From Phallusia mammillata (lineage: Eukaryota), in contig OZ281501.1 of assembly GCA_965637545.1 (NCBI GenBank), forward strand, positions 16,740,001-16,804,000: a stretch of DNA of 64,000 bases, in the 5' to 3' direction. A program made the translations under genes and the position numbers. The notes below the pieces were generated by a model. It saw only the letters and a program-made list of their open reading frames with translations. It did not search any database and was not told the origin of the DNA. The number at the start of each line of letters is the position of its first letter. The first letter of the stretch is position 1. This document shows positions 52,501-63,030 of the stretch, piece after piece.

Positions 52501-55500
52501 CACACGGGCACCGGGTGGCGCTAATGCACTTGTCACCAGATCGTACCAAGCCAGCTTTACATCTACAACCTGTTAAAGAGAGTTTAACAGTAAAACACTA
52601 AAACAAATCAAATGTTAGGGTTGAGCCTTACCAACACTTGAAACCCCCGTTATACATTCCTATAACTACATTATTTACATTTTTAAAACTCAGAGGACTT
52701 CTGTATAACCGCAACATGCAATTTCATTGTAAACCAGGCGTTTAATTAAACCCAAGTTGCCTAGTAGTTGCTTTGGATCTTGAGGTAAGAAGGGTCAGTC
52801 GAGCATAATAAACTGTCACCATAGGCGTCGATTTAGGGGTGACCGGGGTGACATGTCTCCCCTCCTGAAAAAACAGGGGTGACAACATATGTATTGTCTC
52901 CCCTGTTTTTGTTTGAAATAAAGTATTGCCAGAAAGACCGCATACACGTCTATACCGTAAAGTAGTTGAAACCGGCTGTTTGTAAGATTGAAGGTCACTA
53001 TCAATGACAAACGCAAGTGTCTCGTGGTTTGTTACGCAACGTAACAATGGTTGCAGTAACAATCGGCATTGTTATGTGATTGTTTTATTCCCAGTACTGG
53101 CTGGTTGTTCAAGCATCTTATATTTGCTTTATGTTAACTGCAGGAATGACTAGTCAAACAAATATTATAGGCATTTTTGCAGCCAAAACGCAAGCAACCC
53201 TCGAATAAGACGTTGCCAGTTTAATGTTGAGTTGTTTAAAAATCGTCACTTACAATGTAAATGAACATCTTGAACAATGTTTACTTAATTCCTGTGGCAA
53301 CTTCACTATCTGTCTGTGCGGAAGTTTGCTATATCTGCAAACTTTGTTTCGTTTGTTTAACCCAGGGGTCACCAAACTACGGCCCACATTTTTTTGGATT
53401 CATAGGATTACAACGCCCGAAATAGACCACAACCAATTTGTTATGTCACAGACGAGACTACAAGTGTTAATTGTGCGCGAACAATTGCATTCTTTTGTTA
53501 CTTGTGACGTAATATACGAGCATTGCTCGTTAGTTGATGCTAACTATACAATTTAACAGTCGGATCACCAGATTTTAAATGGGACTGTAGAAAGACCATA
53601 TTTTGGCCCACCTATGAAAATCGCATCGCGGGCTAAGTATGGAAAGACGGCGCTAGAACATGTTAACTATGCGGCTCGCGCGAATCGTTATTAAAGTTAT
53701 CCGGCCCGCAGTGTAAAACGTTTAGTGACCCCTGGTTTAACCGAATAAGAGTCATAACTTAGATCGTGCGCTCGCCAGGACAACGGAGCAGTTAACGCAA
53801 CTGCATTGTGTTCCTAAGATTGTGGGTTTGAACGGCTGATGGATGATTCCAAAACATGGAAAGGTCTCCCCTAAAATTTTGCAAATAATTAAAAAATCGA
53901 CGCCTATGACTGTCACATATGATAAGCTTTAAGCATCCTAGAAGGACATCAATATAATGTTTTTTTACAGAAGTTGGACTAGTTTCTATGAACTATGTTA
54001 GAACAGGTGATTTGCAAAAATGACATAAAACACTGAATTTTGTGTTTTCCCACAAAAGCTTTAGGTAGAAATCTAGACGCTTGTCACAAGCACAATTTGA
54101 TGTTGCTTAGTGTGCAATTTACCTCTTATAGCCGCGTAAGTGTCAAGTAAACAAAGGCAAATCGGAAACACAAAACCTCGAAGGGTCTCAAATGGAGTTA
54201 TCGCCTGTGTCTTTTATGAGTTTCGAAAGCAAAAATTGCATTGTAAAGGAAATATTTCTCCTTGCTGTTTAAACATTCAACACAGGTTGTAAACCCAAAA
54301 CAACGTCAATGGGGTTAAAAGTTATTGGACCAGAAAATTTTCAGTTCAACGTTCGTATGAACTGTTGTTTTTTTCACACATTTTGCGGTGACATGGTTAT
54401 TTGCAAAGAAGGCGTGTTATGTAGTGTGACAACGTCAGTAATGCTGTTAAATTTAACGATGTGCGCCTTTGACATTATAACCGTTTGTCACTCAAAAGCG
54501 TCAGCGTTTGAAAAATATGTTTTGTTCTTTTTTTCTCCATTTTCTTATCCAACCCTTTTTTGCCGTTGTTGTTACGACATTTTGTGCGAGCAAAATCGTT
54601 TTGCTTGCAGGACTAGTGCCGAGTTGTAAGCTGGGCACCTTTTGTGTCGCAATTTTACCACATTTTGGGCCTAATTCCGGCCTGTACTCTCGTATTGATC
54701 CCAAATTTCCAGCCCGCTTACAATACTGCCTCGACGAGTTTATAACAGCATAATGCTATAACGTACCTACGTGCTATCAAATTCTGTAGCAGGTTGAAAA
54801 TAAGTACAAATGTTAAAATTGAGTTGTTTTAGCCTCATTTCAGGCCCTGAACTTTTGTAAGTTATGAACATATCGTTTATTGGTCCAAAATACAGCTTTG
54901 ATGCATCAGTTCCATCGTTTACTGACCTGGGGTGCAAGTTGTGTCCGGACAAGTCTGATTGAGGTAACCACAGGTCGGAGCGCATGCGATTCCTTGTTCA
55001 GCAGACTTTAACGCACTGCAACCTACATAAACTTCATCTGCACTGCAAGCTTCAGGGCTAGGGGTGGAGCTGTCCTCTATAAAATAAATGATATGCGAGC
55101 GTTTAAACCATTAAAGGGTGTATAATATTAAATGTAGTACAGAAAGCAGTCAAAGTCTGTATCTGTATAAGTTTTCAGTCTGTATGTATGTATGTCACTA
55201 GGAATTTATAAATCCTTCGTATAACTTATTCTTGACTCGATAAAACTTAAATCTCAACAGTTAAAACAATATGTCACATGTGGTATCAAATACACGACTA
55301 AGACGGAATACCTAACCTCATATACCCTGGATTTCTGAAACTTGCAGGAGCAAAAAAATGAGTAAAATTAATAACTAACCTTCTCCGCTGCAAGCGAGTA
55401 TCCCGGCTGTACAGATGCTGCAAAATAAAAGAACCGTAAATTGGGCATCTAACTCAGGTGTCAGGAACAACTATCACGCGAGATAATTTTCCATGGCACA

Positions 55501-58500
55501 ACAAACCAAGTACTTGGTAATACGAAACCGTTGCAAACCACTGTTACCCACAAACATATCGGAATGCGGAACTGCAGTTTGACATTAAAAGTAAATTGAT
55601 GCGAGTTGTTTAAAAGGTAAAGAAGTTTAAAAGGTTATTACTTTTTTAGTCGTTTAAGGTTCCCGTAGGTGTTGATAATATCAAGTGTTTTAAGCAAAAA
55701 ATACATTAAAATTTGTTTTACGCGTGGTAGTAAGCCGTATATCTGAATTACCAAGACCAAGAGCAGAAATAATTTCACTTACCATCGTCTCCCTGTAGAT
55801 GGCGACACCTCGTGGCCATTTTCAATCCAAGTTCCGTCATTTTGAAAGCAAGGACAATCTTCTTTTTTGATGCACGAGCCATCGTTGGAAAGGTACATGC
55901 CTAAAAAACCATACTTATCAAAAGCAATAGTTTCAATTACCATAATGGACTTCTATATCTATTAGTCCGAACTTATATATATATAATGAAAGGTGGAAAT
56001 CGTTGCGACAACGGCAATAGAACAGGGAAAGATTCCCAGAGTATTTACCAGGATTTATAAATTACACAATCACTATAATTTTAGGAACTTACCAACAGGA
56101 CAATTGCATCCTTGCACCTTGATTTCATTTGAACAATATTGATGACCGGCCAATCCTCTACAAGTGCTGCCACAGCGTGTACTGCTGGGTTGATAGGTTT
56201 GTTCCACCGGGCATTCGTAATCTTAAAACGAGATGAAACTAATTGTTTCTTAGCCTAAAACCTGGCCCCACCAAATCATCCTGAATAATAGGCCCAATGG
56301 CAAAAAGCGTTTTTGTTTAATCTGCTTCAACTTACTGCAACTTGCATTTTTAGCCCAATCTACAACGACGTTTGCTCTTAGACAGGCGTCTGCATACGCT
56401 TCTAGTGCTTTGCATCCACATGATAAAACCCCACTGTCGCATCCGCATACTGCAGTGAGACAGTTGCTTCGGAAGGGCTCGTAAGGAACACGACTACGGC
56501 ACTCGGCAAACAATGGTCCTTCCATAATGCGACAAGTCAATTCGGCCTGAATGTCTGTTAACGACAAAATATCGCAATGATTAAAACTTTTGAAATTATG
56601 CTTTAGAAAAATAGAACTGCAAAAGTAACCTGAATACAAACGTAATTGCTATTTAAAGTATATATTGATGGAAGCCTTTAAGCAAACACTTTCTACCTTT
56701 AGCGCATAAGGTTTTAAAACCTACATCTTTAATGCACATAAGTACTGAAAAAGCCATGCTTTCCACCACGAAAAATTTGCAAGTATGGTTTTTAAAGACT
56801 TAACGAGGAATGCTTTTATACCGCCATTTTTAATACTAGCATATGGTGCTAGAACAAAAATTTGAGAATTTAATCAATAGTTTTGCAAACAAAGTAGTAC
56901 AATACACTTTAAACAACTTAAATAAAAGATTTGCAAAATATAAGCCTACGTAATTTGAATTTCTTCAACATATTACAACATTTCTTCAATAAAAAGTTTT
57001 CTTTTTTCAGTAAAAACTTGAAGAGTTTTCTCGAAACATTGGACCATATATCAAATATTATTTAGTTCAACAATTTTAAGCGACTCACTAAGGATATAAT
57101 TGGACGCGCAAGGGTTAACTGGGTTTGCCATTACTTCAGGGCAAGTATCAGGATATTTCCAGGAGTTTCCGAACACCACAGTGGATGCTACCTCGCCATT
57201 CTTCGCCTGCAAGTCATCTGTGGTCACGTGATTGTAGCTTCCAGCTAAACCACGCAATTTGCCTGCCAACGAAATCTTTTCATTAAGCCCGGTTTTATAA
57301 AATAAAAAGCGTAAAAGAACCGCTGCGAGTACAACGATATCTTTAACGACGGCTCAAAAGTTGGAAAAGAACGTTTTTTTATGAAATATTGTGCTATCAA
57401 TAAACCATATCTATTTTTCTATTTGAATTTATTTTACCAACAAAAGTATCAAACGTGGCACTTTATTTCATATCTATTTAAATTTATTTGCTTCATCAAA
57501 ATATTTGAAATGTGTTTCGCAAACAAAAATGCAACAAGGATAAATTATGCTACAATTTGTTTTCTGGCTATCGTTTTGTTTTCTATAATTTTTGTCAAGG
57601 TTAAAATTGCCAACACATAGAAATACAATAGCTGACCTTGGTAGGATGAGGGGACGGTAAGGATGAGCGTTCCATCGCTCCAGAGAACTCTAACTCCGGT
57701 TGAACCGATAACAACTTCAGAATACGAGTGAGACAACTTGTGGCCATAAAGTGGGCCTAGATGCAAACATCATAAAAGCTGGTTAAGGATAATTTATATT
57801 ATGTTTTGGCAAGATGCTTAATCTAATACGAAAACTGAACTCGTGCCAATTCATAGGTAAACAAGAATCTGCTAAAAATATTCTTAAAAAATCAATTATT
57901 TTACAGTTACTACCATAACTTACCACTTGTTGCAGGCAGGGTTGTCTGTAGTTCGTTTTGTACACTCACATATCCATCTTTGCCAAGAATCATAAAATAA
58001 GACTGTTCGTCCAACGCTGCAATTACCTTCACTTTCCTATACACAATAACATAACAAACCAACGTGCTAGGTTACCATACAAACACACAGTTACGTCATA
58101 CTTACGTAACACACGAATACAACGACCCCAGGCCGCATGTTTCGACGTGGATGTAGATCGTAAATGTGGCGTTCATAAAATCTTCGGCAAATAGGTATTG
58201 ACACTGGCTGCCGGAAAAGTCGAACCAAGTCCCGTCAAACGAACGGAAGTGCCCGAAGCCATAAGCACCCGCAGTTGCTTGAATCAAATACACAAACTTT
58301 TAATGCTGGTGACAATTCAGGCTAGGTAAATATATTTTCATGTGTATTAAAAGTAAGGATTCAGTGCAGCTGGTGGCAAAACATGGCTGGTGTAACAATC
58401 TAACGCCACTTCAATTTGTTGGGAGTAACAAGCTGAAAAACCATGCCTCACCAATTCTGTTGTAACAACGGCGCATGAACTACAGGTGGAACTAGTTCGC

Positions 58501-60702
58501 CTATGTTTTGTCACTAGCTGCGCTAATGAGGCTATATGCGTCGAAAGAGTGTGCACTGTCTGCAGCTTACTTATCGTTTATTGGCTTGATGCGTTTATAA
58601 AAGCAATATTATTTTTATGTATATTTTAGACATTATTAACAAACGTGAAACTAAACAAAGTTAGAGTGTGATCCTAGAGTAATAACTCTGCTGTCGGTTA
58701 AACCACTAGAAACGCAAATTTGTGAAATGTTCTAACCTCCGCATGAACCGGTTTCAGAACAAGACCAGATTGAGCCTTCACAAGTGCTAAAAACAAAAAC
58801 AGTTTAAACATTGAAGTTTTTTAGGAAACGGATTGAGATTAAACACAGTTTGCAGATTTTTATCAATAATTGCTTTTATTGTAGTTATCCGAAAGGTTTT
58901 GTTTCTTAAATTAAAAAAATGTATGCCAGTGTTAAAAGATGCATTTTCTCATGACAAAAATGAGTAGGCTTGGTGAAAAAACATTTTAAAACAAGTGAGT
59001 CATGGAATGCTTAAAAGAACCACTATCATGTGGAAAACCCCGAAAACACAATTTATCTCCAAACTCACCACGTCTGGCACCCGCTTAAAATATTCTCTTT
59101 AGGCCTGTATTGAATACCACTATGAAGGCACGGGCATTGGGACTGCTCTACACACATATTTCCATCCCAGTATAAACCTGGTAAAAACAAGGGATGTGTT
59201 TTAGTCAGGGCGTTGGCCTTCCATTAATGGCTTGGTTTCGTGGGTCTGTCAGGGCAGGAATAAATTGAACACAGAGACATGCATTAAAAGGGTGTTGATA
59301 TTGACTTTACATGTAAGTAACGTTTTCAAGTGTGGTGTTTTCCATACGACGTTGTGAGACTGAGATAAGCAGCTTGTGCAAATACTTAAACGTTCATTTA
59401 TCAGTCGGGAATAAGTTTGAAGTGCTTTTGAGGTGTTCCCCGCCAAGAAAATGTACTTTGAAACAAGAATCAGCTTTGCTATAAGGAGTCGAAAACGATA
59501 CTGATATTTACTTAGCCTTGCGGTTATGAACTGCGCAACAAGTGGGGCAAAAGGCTTCAAAAGATTTGCATATTGTCGGTACGTAAGACATTATTGCCAG
59601 AAGAGCTATACTACGTTCATGAACTTACATTAAGTACATTTTCCACGCCTCCTATTTAATAACAAATTTCACTCTATTTGTTTTTGTATCAGTTCGAACA
59701 AATTAAATCTTTCTTTACAACTCAAAGTTTGACACCATGGGCTTGACTATATGCTAATTCAAAAATTACGTTTTTTTGAAACAAAAACACGTGGGTTGTT
59801 AGTAAACATCAGTTCGCACATGCGTCTAAAAATAATAGCGAATTTTTTTTTACCTGTTGGACATTTGCAGCCATCGACACATTCGTTGCCACAGTTACCA
59901 GATCCAGGGTCAGCACACGTTGCTAGGCAACCGCATTCGGAGTACTCTTGGTTGCCAGGGCAAATACGATCTTGAAATCATTAAATGGGTTATTTTTAAT
60001 CTAAATCAAGTTGCACTATAAAAACGTTCAAAACCATAAACAAACAGTAGAAATTGAAAATACAAGGCCATCATAGTCGACAATTTTTCCCCAATAATAC
60101 TAACCACAAGACGTCGCTGTTCTCCACGAGCCGACATCAAAACCAGCTCTTGCGCAGTCACGTGCGTAAGTAGACAGGATTGCACAGTGACAATTGTCAC
60201 GTGTGTCAGGATCGCACTGACAGGTGTCAGACACACATTGGTCGTAGAGGTCAGTGGCACTCACGTTCAATCGGCATTGGGCGAAGGCGTCCGTATAAAT
60301 AACGTTGCATATTTCTCGCTCCACCTAAATATATGACAGTGATTAGTAAAACTGTGTAAAAATGTTTTAACATGTGCTTAATTTTTGTTGGGCTAAAACG
60401 TTAAGCTTCAATTATGCAACAATTTGTCCCTACTTCACAATACATTACATTTCGTATGTAAACAATTATGGTTTATGTATTTTTCTGTGTACAATTCGAA
60501 CACTCCAAAACAGCGAATACAACTCCAATTTAGGGCCCGCATGCAACTGTGCTCAATTTAAAAACCATGTATTATTCTTACTTTAAGTATAGCATTACCT
60601 GATCATCGCATGACGACGTGGGAGCAACATAAGCAGTGCAGAATCGGTCAGGAACCACTTGATGCCAACGTTCAATAAATCCTGCCAAGTTAGTTTCGTA
60701 AC
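25071..60702 (-). CDS. Gene B: giant vWF/mucin-like protein ((D1)-D2-D'-D3-CysD-Cys-rich linker-D4-long Cys-rich repeat rod-VWC-CTCK); 5' exons not found in the window
   Basis: 54 exons joined in phase (12455 nt, about 4150 codons), from 60599-60702 down to the last exon 25071-25234 ending QDSILE*. All introns are GT-AG except one predicted GC-AG (43319-43555). The largest exons are 27681-29614 (1934 bp), 32646-34071 (1426 bp) and 35498-36282 (785 bp). Confidence 0.9.
25884..38651 (-). CDS. Gene B C-terminal Cys-rich repeat rod (divergent VWC-like modules), about 2,100 aa
   Basis: Exons 38400-38651, 37484-37770, 36752-36959, 35498-36282, 34947-35157, 32646-34071, 32150-32299, 31332-31560, 30762-30989, 29902-30124, 27681-29614, 27285-27488, 26712-26849, 25884-25935. 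Recurring PGxxW..GC..C and CCxxxxCxC motifs; 58 Cys in the 476-aa ORF by my count. Confidence 0.85.
25994..26292. mobile_element. Fold-back retroelement derivative with two opposed minimal hammerhead ribozyme motifs, flanked by a TSD
   Basis: Perfect 101-bp arms 26015-26115 and 26192-26292 with a 76-bp spacer. Direct repeat TAAATAGTATAAG at 25981-25993 and 26293-26305. Confidence 0.85.
26208..26251 (+). ncRNA. Minimal type-I hammerhead ribozyme motif (Penelope-like); mirror copy on the minus strand at about 26056-26099
   Basis: AUC-CUGAUGA-A-GGCGUC-UUGUAUAG-GACGUC-GAAAC-GUC^GAU. The catalytic core is intact, stem II has 6-8 bp, a palindromic ACGU replaces stem III, and stem I is short. Confidence 0.75.
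31780..31938. mobile_element. hAT-like MITE fragment
   Basis: CATGGTTCCCAAC ... GGTTGGGAACCGCTG termini; the left end is degenerate. Preceded by about 21-bp tandem repeats at 31727-31775. Confidence 0.5.
34308..34862. mobile_element. pogo/Tigger-type (Tc1-mariner superfamily) MITE
   Basis: TIR CAGTCAAACTTCGATACTATGC / GCATAGTATCGAAGTTTGACTG, TA on both sides, internal AGGGTGGCATA subterminal repeats. Confidence 0.8.
36560..36732 (-). mobile_element. Dispersed repeat family with (C/T)AGAGTTGTAAGTCGGG terminus
   Basis: Ends CCCGACTTACAACTCTG. Related copies at about 11968-12030, 45553-45760, 54663-54728 and 61383-61480, rich in TTCGGGCC/GGCCCGAA motifs. Confidence 0.6.
38118..38250 (-). mobile_element. 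Single copy of the same hammerhead-bearing element, core variant GAAG
   Basis: Minus strand CCTGATGA-A-GGCGACCTGTATAGGACGTC-GAAGCGTC-GGAATAAAAA..TATGCCTGGCAGCAATAGCTTA. It shares the terminal CCTGGCAGCAATAGCTT with 25991-26007. Confidence 0.7.
39139..42682 (-). CDS. Gene B D4 assembly (VWD with GDPH, C8, TIL)
   Basis: [14 protein letters not shown] (42559-42682), TVGLCG (41207-41405), FGDSW (40621-40786), C8 (39945-40101 and 39428-39524), TIL (39139-39321), plus exon 42336-42456. Confidence 0.88.
41518..42038. mobile_element. hAT-type MITE (521 bp)
   Basis: TIR TAGTGATGTACCGAAT / ATTCGGTACATCTCTA. 8-bp TSD ATTTAAAC at 41510-41517 and 42039-42046. Subterminal ATTCGGCCGAA arrays. Confidence 0.9.
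42865..42907 (+). ncRNA. CpG-decayed hammerhead relic, second family
   Basis: TGTACA-CTGATGA-T-GGC-TTAAACATTT-GCC-AAAATGTT-TGAATA. It differs from GCCGAAACGT by two CpG-type transitions. Confidence 0.4.
43138..47349 (-). CDS. Gene B Cys-rich linker between CysD and D4 (8 exons, about 440 aa)
   Basis: Exons 47166-47349, 46534-46761, 45894-46081, 45191-45301, 44687-44812, 44052-44203, 43556-43703, 43138-43318. The first three are homologous to the duplicated cassette exons of gene A (e.g. CRPEYD vs CKPEYD). Confidence 0.8.
45553..45760 (+). mobile_element. Copy of the AGAGTTGTAAGTCGGG repeat family
   Basis: TAGAGTTGTAAGTCGGGTCGGATTCGGGCTT..., which aligns by eye with 61386-61470. Confidence 0.6.
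48086..48704 (-). CDS. Gene B CysD / mucin WxxW domain
   Basis: [47 protein letters not shown] is the MUC2/MUC5-type CysD pattern. Exons 48469-48704 and 48086-48274. Confidence 0.85.
49103..60702 (-). CDS. Gene B end of D1, D2, D' and D3 assemblies
   Basis: Exons 60599-60702, 60105-60324 (C8), 59854-59970 (TIL), 59069-59177, 58737-58786, 58106-58277 ([11 protein letters not shown]), 57924-58036, 57637-57756, 57089-57262 (LRGLAG..FGNSW), 56336-56554, 56093-56221, 55783-55900, 55380-55417, 54927-55076 (TIL'), 52443-52569, 51912-52182 ([10 protein letters not shown]), 51144-51344, 50510-50743 (CGLCGDNDG), 49977-50133 (CDCFC), 49643-49769, 49103-49188. Confidence 0.9.
52820..53908. mobile_element. 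hAT-type non-autonomous element (outer member of a nested pair)
   Basis: TIR CATAGGCGTCGATTT / AAATCGACGCCTATG. 8-bp TSD ACTGTCAC at 52812-52819 and 53909-53916. Confidence 0.88.
53363..53734. mobile_element. hAT (Charlie-like) MITE nested in the previous element
   Basis: TIR CAGGGGTCACCAAAC / GTTTAGTGACCCCTG. 8-bp TSD GTTTAACC at 53355-53362 and 53735-53742. Confidence 0.88.
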
Positions 60703-61309
60703 CTGTTTCGAAACAAATTGACAAAGTTTCTAACCCTTCATCATAAGTACGACAAGACAAACATTGCACAAATTTCTCAAGAAAGTTAAATGTCGCAAGA
60801 AGCTAAAGTGTCAGTCCCAGTACTTGAACATTGTTTAACTATGATTAGGGGATAATGACTTAGTCTGATAAAACGGTTCAATTCCAAGGAAATTCGTTAT
60901 CGTGTGTACATTGCACCTGATTGGCAAACATCTTGGGACATTCATTCAGGGAGCTTTGCGCTGGAACGTAATCTTTCATTTGTAGTTAAAGTGTTTACTT
61001 CAGCATAAAAAACACATCATATAGATGCCAACATTCAAATTGTATTCAATCATCAATCATTATTCATCCATTTAGCCTTTAGTTCTATTGGTTTTAAGCT
61101 GAAATTTATGAGTATAGTTTTAAAGGTTTTGGCCATACAGTTTAAGGTGGAATTAGAACTCCTAACACTTCGCTTATAGCAGCGAATGTTGGGTGTAAAT
61201 TGGGCATTCTATGATGCGAATGTGAAATACGTACATAAAGTCTAAATAATTATGTAAGTTAAATGTTTTTCTTAAATCGTGTGTCAAAATAAAACACTAA
61301 GCAAGAGTG

Positions 61310-61338
61310 TTTATTACTGATGATGGCTAAACCGACAC
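61310..61338 (+). ncRNA. Degenerate minimal hammerhead motif, second family
   Basis: UUUAUUA-CUGAUGA-U-GG-CUAAA-CC-GACAC-GUC^UAAUAAA. Stem I is a perfect 7 bp; GAAA is changed to GACA. Confidence 0.55.
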
Positions 61339-61622
61339 GTCTAATAAATAAAAGTAATTTGTTGGGTGGCGAAATATAAACGTAGTAAGTCGGGTCGGAC
61401 TTTTTTGGTCGGTCAACTTTGACGAAAACAGGCTTGATTCGGGCCTGACTTCACACTCTTTACCAACTTTCGGGCCTAATTCAGGTTGTTAAAATATCAG
61501 GTACGGGAGCGCTTATAACTCTAATCAGTTTATCATGAAAACCAGTTTTAATATTCTGCTGTACGTTATTCAGTTTATGTTGCATTGAAACTGATCTCTG
61601 TTGGCTACAGCTGCAAAAACGT

Positions 61623-61900
61623 ATTATTTTTTTTATTTTTTTTTTTATTTTTTTTTCACGGGGTTCGAACCCAGGACACTCCCGGGGACGAATCCCGAAC
61701 TCTACAAGCATGCCCAGCCTTCTCCACGCCCACATCTGGTTAATATTAGTTGCTCTTATTCCCGCCATTCCAGTTGACCACAAGCGCTCTATAAAACCAG
61801 GCAAGGGGGATTCCACACACCCCAGACACTCTAAAACAAAACCACACTCATAAAACACATCGGCGGCCCGTTTTAACGGTGACTTTAGGAATTTGCTTGG
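61623..61900 (-). mobile_element. Poly(A)-tailed retroposon (SINE/LINE 3' end) fragment
   Basis: The minus strand ends ...CCTGGGTTCGAACCCCGTG followed by an (A9T)n tail (T-runs at 61625-61656). GC-richer body; 5' boundary uncertain. Confidence 0.4.
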
Positions 61901-62767
61901 CCAACTTGGGTTTGACATACGTATTGTGTTGAAATACCCTTTTGTAAATCTCGTAGACAAAACCGGGTTAAACGATTGCTTGCGACGCCATGTGACAAAA
62001 TGTCAACATTGCGACATATTTCGGGCGATTACTCAAAAGGAATGAAAACCTCATAGGTTAAAGTTGTTGCTAATATTAAATTCAAACTGTTACGAGAAGT
62101 AACTTGAAAAAAAAAACGGGTTTAGATTCCAGAAAAAAAAACATTGTCTGTTCGCACTTAGATTAGAAAGCTTTGCGGCAAAACAAAACCGTTTCCAAAT
62201 ATTTTCAATCGCTATGGAATGATTCGTACACACTCTGCCCAAACCATTTGCATGTCGTCGATACATTACAAACGTTAGTCATATACCTTTCAGTCATTTT
62301 TTCTAAGTGTCAACTGTGGCCTTATGCGGTCTGCGTTTGTTGCAATTTTTGTAATTTTAGCACAACTAAGGAAATGTAGAAACGAAAAAGAACTTGAAAA
62401 ACAACTAACATCGCTAACAGTCAAGGGGAGAATGATTATGTGTGGAAATCGTTTAGTTTTAACGACCTTAGTCAAAGCATTTCTGACTACACGTTTTATC
62501 TGAAACTATTCCATGCGTCATATTATAAGCATTTTATTCATTTCTCTGTACCGTTCAGGGTCGCAAGTGTCAGGTCAGTTGACTTTTCAAAGCAATTAAG
62601 AATCGAAATTTCCTAGAGGTCATAATAAGGTCTAGCTCCTCGTAAGACAAAGTGCCAAATATTTACTTATGCTTGGCCACGAAGAACTCAAATTGTCGCC
62701 TTTTATTATCAAGACCTTTATCGCTGCAAAGCACGGGCGCCCTAAAGGTCAATTCTCTGCCATACAA

Positions 62768-63030
62768 TAGTGGCTCTCAACCTTTTTCACTTTGCGACCC
62801 TAAGTTTTACTACCAGAATGTGATCATCATTCCACTACCAAACCTCATTGTAACAGTTCGGCTTTTTGCTGTACAGAAATCCCTCAAAATGTGGTTATGG
62901 TTCATGCCATCACAAACTTTTAAACAGAAGTCACGGAAACGTTTTTTGGTACGAACGAAAGCATTCTGTGTTTGGTTGTGTCTTGACGACCCCCTCAAAT
63001 GTGCCGAGATTCCCAGGTTGAGAAACACTA
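62768..63030. mobile_element. hAT-like MITE
   Basis: TAGTGGCTCTCAACC ... GGTTGAGAAACACTA imperfect TIRs. TSD not matched. Confidence 0.55.

Noticed and set aside
60905-60965. Possible small exon DYVPAQSSLNECPKMFANQ upstream of gene B's first identified exon
   Set aside because: Weak splice signals, a phase-0 end that does not match the phase-1 start of exon 60599-60702, and no similarity to the expected GLCG-containing exon.
61481-61960. 159-aa minus-strand ORF
   Set aside because: It runs through a retroposon body and its poly(A) tail (KKIKKK); not a credible gene.
62205-62265. Minus-strand TCKWFGQSVYESF resembling a VWD start
   Set aside because: Followed by an in-frame stop with no usable splice sites, so not accepted as a gene B exon.
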